From: a virus
Lineage: Duplodnaviria; Caudoviricetes
DNA length: 55,797 bases
Direction: 5' to 3' (one strand)
Virus record (IMG/VR): IMGVR_UViG_3300032087_002848
Location: 1-55,797 of that record
Positions 53,321 through 55,797 of this stretch are shown piece after piece. The notes under the pieces were generated by a model that was not told where the DNA came from, made no database searches, and saw only the letters and a program-made list of their open reading frames with translations. How positions within the stretch are numbered: the first letter of the stretch is position 1; each line of letters starts with the position of its first letter. A program made the translations under genes and the position numbers.

Positions 53321-55176
53321 CGCCTACCGTCCGGTCTCGCATCCAAACGCGGCGTCCCTAACCGCCAATTCACACCCGTGTCGGCATTGCTGATCTTGAA
53401 GTTCATGCTGCGGCCACGGGCCCGTAAGAACACCTGATTGGTATAGATGTCAGAGCTACTCTCTTCTACACTACCAGATACCGTCTCTGTAACAGCCTTT
53501 CCGTTAAAATCACGAGACTGCATGGACATAGTTACTGCCGGGGTAGCATCCGTAGACCCGTCAAAGGACAAATCAGGGATAACGCGGCGGATCAGCATGA
53601 ACTGGTCCCCGTCACCTATATCAAAATCTGCCGACTGAATATATGCCGGAACGGCACTAGCCGGAGCCGTGCTGCCGTCATCTAACCCATATTCGTGGTT
53701 ATAAAGATAATAGTCCGTGCTAGCAGACTGCGGATAGCTGCGTTGACCCGACGCTCGGTCATTCCAAGCCGTACGGGATAACGTACCGTAATACCAAATC
53801 TGCTGCCCGTAGTTATAGACAACATACCGATCAATCTCGCTTGATCCGGCAGAACAGTAGTACCACCAAACCTCTGTCTGGCTAGCTAAACTACCGGCAA
53901 AAAACTTAAAGGATTGTTGAGGGTTGATGTTGTTAAACACATACTCTCGAACAGAGCATGGAATGGGCTGTATACGACCATCATAAACATAAAAGTTCTC
54001 TTGGCCCATCCAGAAAACCAAGTCGTTCACGCTGATAGCCACGTTAGGTCCAGCAATCCTGACGTTGTCCGCTAAAAGTGCTGTTCCAAACACATACGGC
54101 GCACCGGTAAACTGTACCGAATGCAAAGTGTGGTCTGTCCAAACCAGTATCTGGCGGCTTGTACGCACCGCAGTCATAATCTCAGAGCCTTGTGACAGAC
54201 GTAAATCGCCTGCCGTATTCGTAGCTGTAGGGGTCCAATCGGTGGCCGACTCCTGACTAGACCAGCGGATAAGCAGTGGATCTTGGTCCGCGGACCCTAC
54301 AGGGTTGCACCCAAAAGCTAAAACGTGGCGATCTACTTCAGATACCAGCGTCTTTCTAGCAATAGTTGGTACGTCAGATGCACCGGACAAGCTGCTTAAA
54401 AGCACGGCACGACTGCTAGTCGTACCTGTTGCGTCCCAATAGTAGATTGCGCCGTCAGCTATATTACATATCAGGTCTTCACCAAAATCGTCTGCAAACC
54501 AAAGGCGAAGTGTCTGCCCTGCCAAAGAGCCTGCGCCCGAACCCCACGTAAAACGGCCCCATGTACCAGCACCCCAACCCGGCCCCAGAATAGTGGAGTT
54601 TAGCCCTACACTAATTTGAAACTCTGCCTGACCAGAAGAACCACCACCCGATACACCGCCGGATGTAGCCGAACCTCCAGTATCTGCTGTAAATGTCGTA
54701 GTTGTAGGTGCAGAAACAACCACAAGCTCTTGGTTTAAGTCGTCCGTAGTTAAGCCATCTACGGCGGTTAAACCAGAAAGTGTTACATAATCCCCGACCT
54801 GTGCGCCGTGGGCCGCGGACGTTGTTACGGTGATCACGCCGCTACCTGCACCACCCGAGGTGTTAATAGGGTCGGTAGGTAGGCTTACAGTCGAGCGGAT
54901 TGGTGTGATGTCATAAAGTGCGCCAGAATCCTCAAGGTAGATCTTTTTTTCGCTACCCATAAAGAGCAGGTTTTCAGAGGACAATGTAGTGAAATCGTGC
55001 ATAAACCGCACGTTGCCTGCAAATGGCGAAGAACCCGTCTTGGCCCACCCGCCAATGCGCTCCGGATACCCGTAAGTAAAGCGGATGTAGTTGCCGTCGA
55101 ACCAACCGCCTTCATTAGAGTAGTTCGTACCCTCTCTATTTATTCCGGGTTTAAATTGGAGCTTTGTTAGCGGCAT
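53317..55176 (-). CDS. Tail hub/nozzle (P22 gp10/T7 gp12-like) protein
   Basis: MPLTKLQFKPGIN, IRWSSQE..DW, beta-propeller-like repeats, C-terminal PDGRR. Confidence 0.7.
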   Translation of the reverse strand: MPLTKLQFKPGINREGTNYSNEGGWFDGNYIRFTYGYPERIGGWAKTGSSPFAGNVRFMHDFTTLSSENLLFMGSEKKIYLEDSGALYDITPIRSTVSLPTDPINTSGGAGSGVITVTTSAAHGAQVGDYVTLSGLTAVDGLTTDDLNQELVVVSAPTTTTFTADTGGSATSGGVSGGGSSGQAEFQISVGLNSTILGPGWGAGTWGRFTWGSGAGSLAGQTLRLWFADDFGEDLICNIADGAIYYWDATGTTSSRAVLLSSLSGASDVPTIARKTLVSEVDRHVLAFGCNPVGSADQDPLLIRWSSQESATDWTPTATNTAGDLRLSQGSEIMTAVRTSRQILVWTDHTLHSVQFTGAPYVFGTALLADNVRIAGPNVAISVNDLVFWMGQENFYVYDGRIQPIPCSVREYVFNNINPQQSFKFFAGSLASQTEVWWYYCSAGSSEIDRYVVYNYGQQIWYYGTLSRTAWNDRASGQRSYPQSASTDYYLYNHEYGLDDGSTAPASAVPAYIQSADFDIGDGDQFMLIRRVIPDLSFDGSTDATPAVTMSMQSRDFNGKAVTETVSGSVEESSSDIYTNQVFLRARGRSMNFKISNADTGVNWRLGTPRLDARPDGRR

Positions 55177-55179
55177 TCA

Positions 55180-55374
55180 TTACTCCGCATCAGCAATGGT
55201 TAGTGTGCCAGCCTCAACTTGGCGCAGGATCTCGGCGTAGTGACGGTTTGCTGGGTCTAAGGGTACGAACATCTCAACGCCGTCGATGGTGGCTTTTATT
55301 GAAGTGTTTTCTGATGTTCCATCAGGTAGTAGTGCTTCTATGTATTGAGCGGAAGTGATTTGCATTTCATTCAT
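55180..55374 (-). CDS. Small tail-fibre-associated protein
   Basis: VPLDPANRHY motif; follows a fibre gene. Confidence 0.6.
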   Translation of the reverse strand: MNEMQITSAQYIEALLPDGTSENTSIKATIDGVEMFVPLDPANRHYAEILRQVEAGTLTIADAE

Positions 55375-55376
55375 TT

Positions 55377-55797
55377 TTATAGCTCCGCATCTACGTCAAC
55401 AGAGGTTGTACCTGTAGAAAACAATATGGAATTACTACCCGCCGTAAGCCCAGTGTAACCACTACCGTAAACTCGACATTGTTTAGGTCCAGCAACCTGT
55501 ATGACATGACTACCAGTGGAAGATGGATAACCGCCTGTTGGGTTTAAAAAAGTAATCGTTCCGGTAGTCTGACCCGCACTGGGTAAAGTAACCGTCGGAG
55601 CAGTTCTTTTTTCTGTATAATAAAGTAAACCATTAGCTGTAGTAGTAGCCCCACCTGTTTGACCTTGTAGAACATAATCTGTGTTTAAAAAGTTAAGCCT
55701 TTCATAATACCTCTGGCACCGTGCAAGCTCATCCGCATACAGTCGATGCTCGAACGGGGTTGCCTGCGAGCCGACCTCTAGTTGAACGCCTGTGATG
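55377..55797 (-). CDS. Tail fibre-like protein, C-terminal part (5' truncated; absent from ORF track)
   Basis: Manual translation ITGVQLEVGSQATPFEHRLYADELARCQRYY...VDAEL*. Confidence 0.75.
   Translation of the reverse strand, partial: ITGVQLEVGSQATPFEHRLYADELARCQRYYERLNFLNTDYVLQGQTGGATTTANGLLYYTEKRTAPTVTLPSAGQTTGTITFLNPTGGYPSSTGSHVIQVAGPKQCRVYGSGYTGLTAGSNSILFSTGTTSVDVDAEL

Noticed and set aside
1-55797. tRNA/rRNA, integrase, RTX toxin or type I secretion genes, phage RNA polymerase
   Set aside because: None recognised by eye; tRNAscan-SE and HMM searches are needed to exclude them formally

Overview
The window is a near-complete, circularly permuted genome of a lytic, podovirus-like tailed phage. 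Both ends fall inside tail-fibre-type ORFs. Almost all genes are on the minus strand; the exceptions are an SNF2 helicase and a PD-(D/E)XK nuclease. In transcription order the modules are: tail hub and ejection proteins (55.2-41.8 kb); replication genes for SSB, primase, UvrD helicase and PolA (41.8-32.9 kb); small early and regulatory genes, a putative origin and TerS (32.7-23.3 kb); TerL, a variable 'cargo' locus, portal, lysis genes, GroES, scaffold and major capsid (22.8-9.5 kb); and head, neck and tail-fibre genes (9.4-0 kb). From memory only (no search run), the capsid start MAISRAQLAKELEPGLNALFG and the gene order resemble HTVC023P/vSAG 37-F6-like marine phages, and an alphaproteobacterial host is inferred. 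The most notable observations are four. (1) An intact HlyC/RtxC-type toxin-activating acyltransferase is translationally coupled inside the ejection-protein operon, next to a candidate substrate. (2) A [FMYAK]-x-x-G-G-x-[VI] motif recurs at domain boundaries of many virion proteins, including an 840-aa polyprotein-like cargo (two HExxH domains plus a beta-barrel-like domain) and an ART-like protein between terL and portal; the genome also has a C39-like protease candidate. (3) Several elements mimic host chromosome or transcription machinery: a perfect parS palindrome with no ParB, a DnaA domain-IV protein beside a DnaA box, a sigma4/alpha-CTD fusion and a boxB-boxA-like leader. (4) A strand-biased 12-mer is dispersed across the genome. 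All family assignments come from motif recognition by eye and need HMM or structure confirmation.
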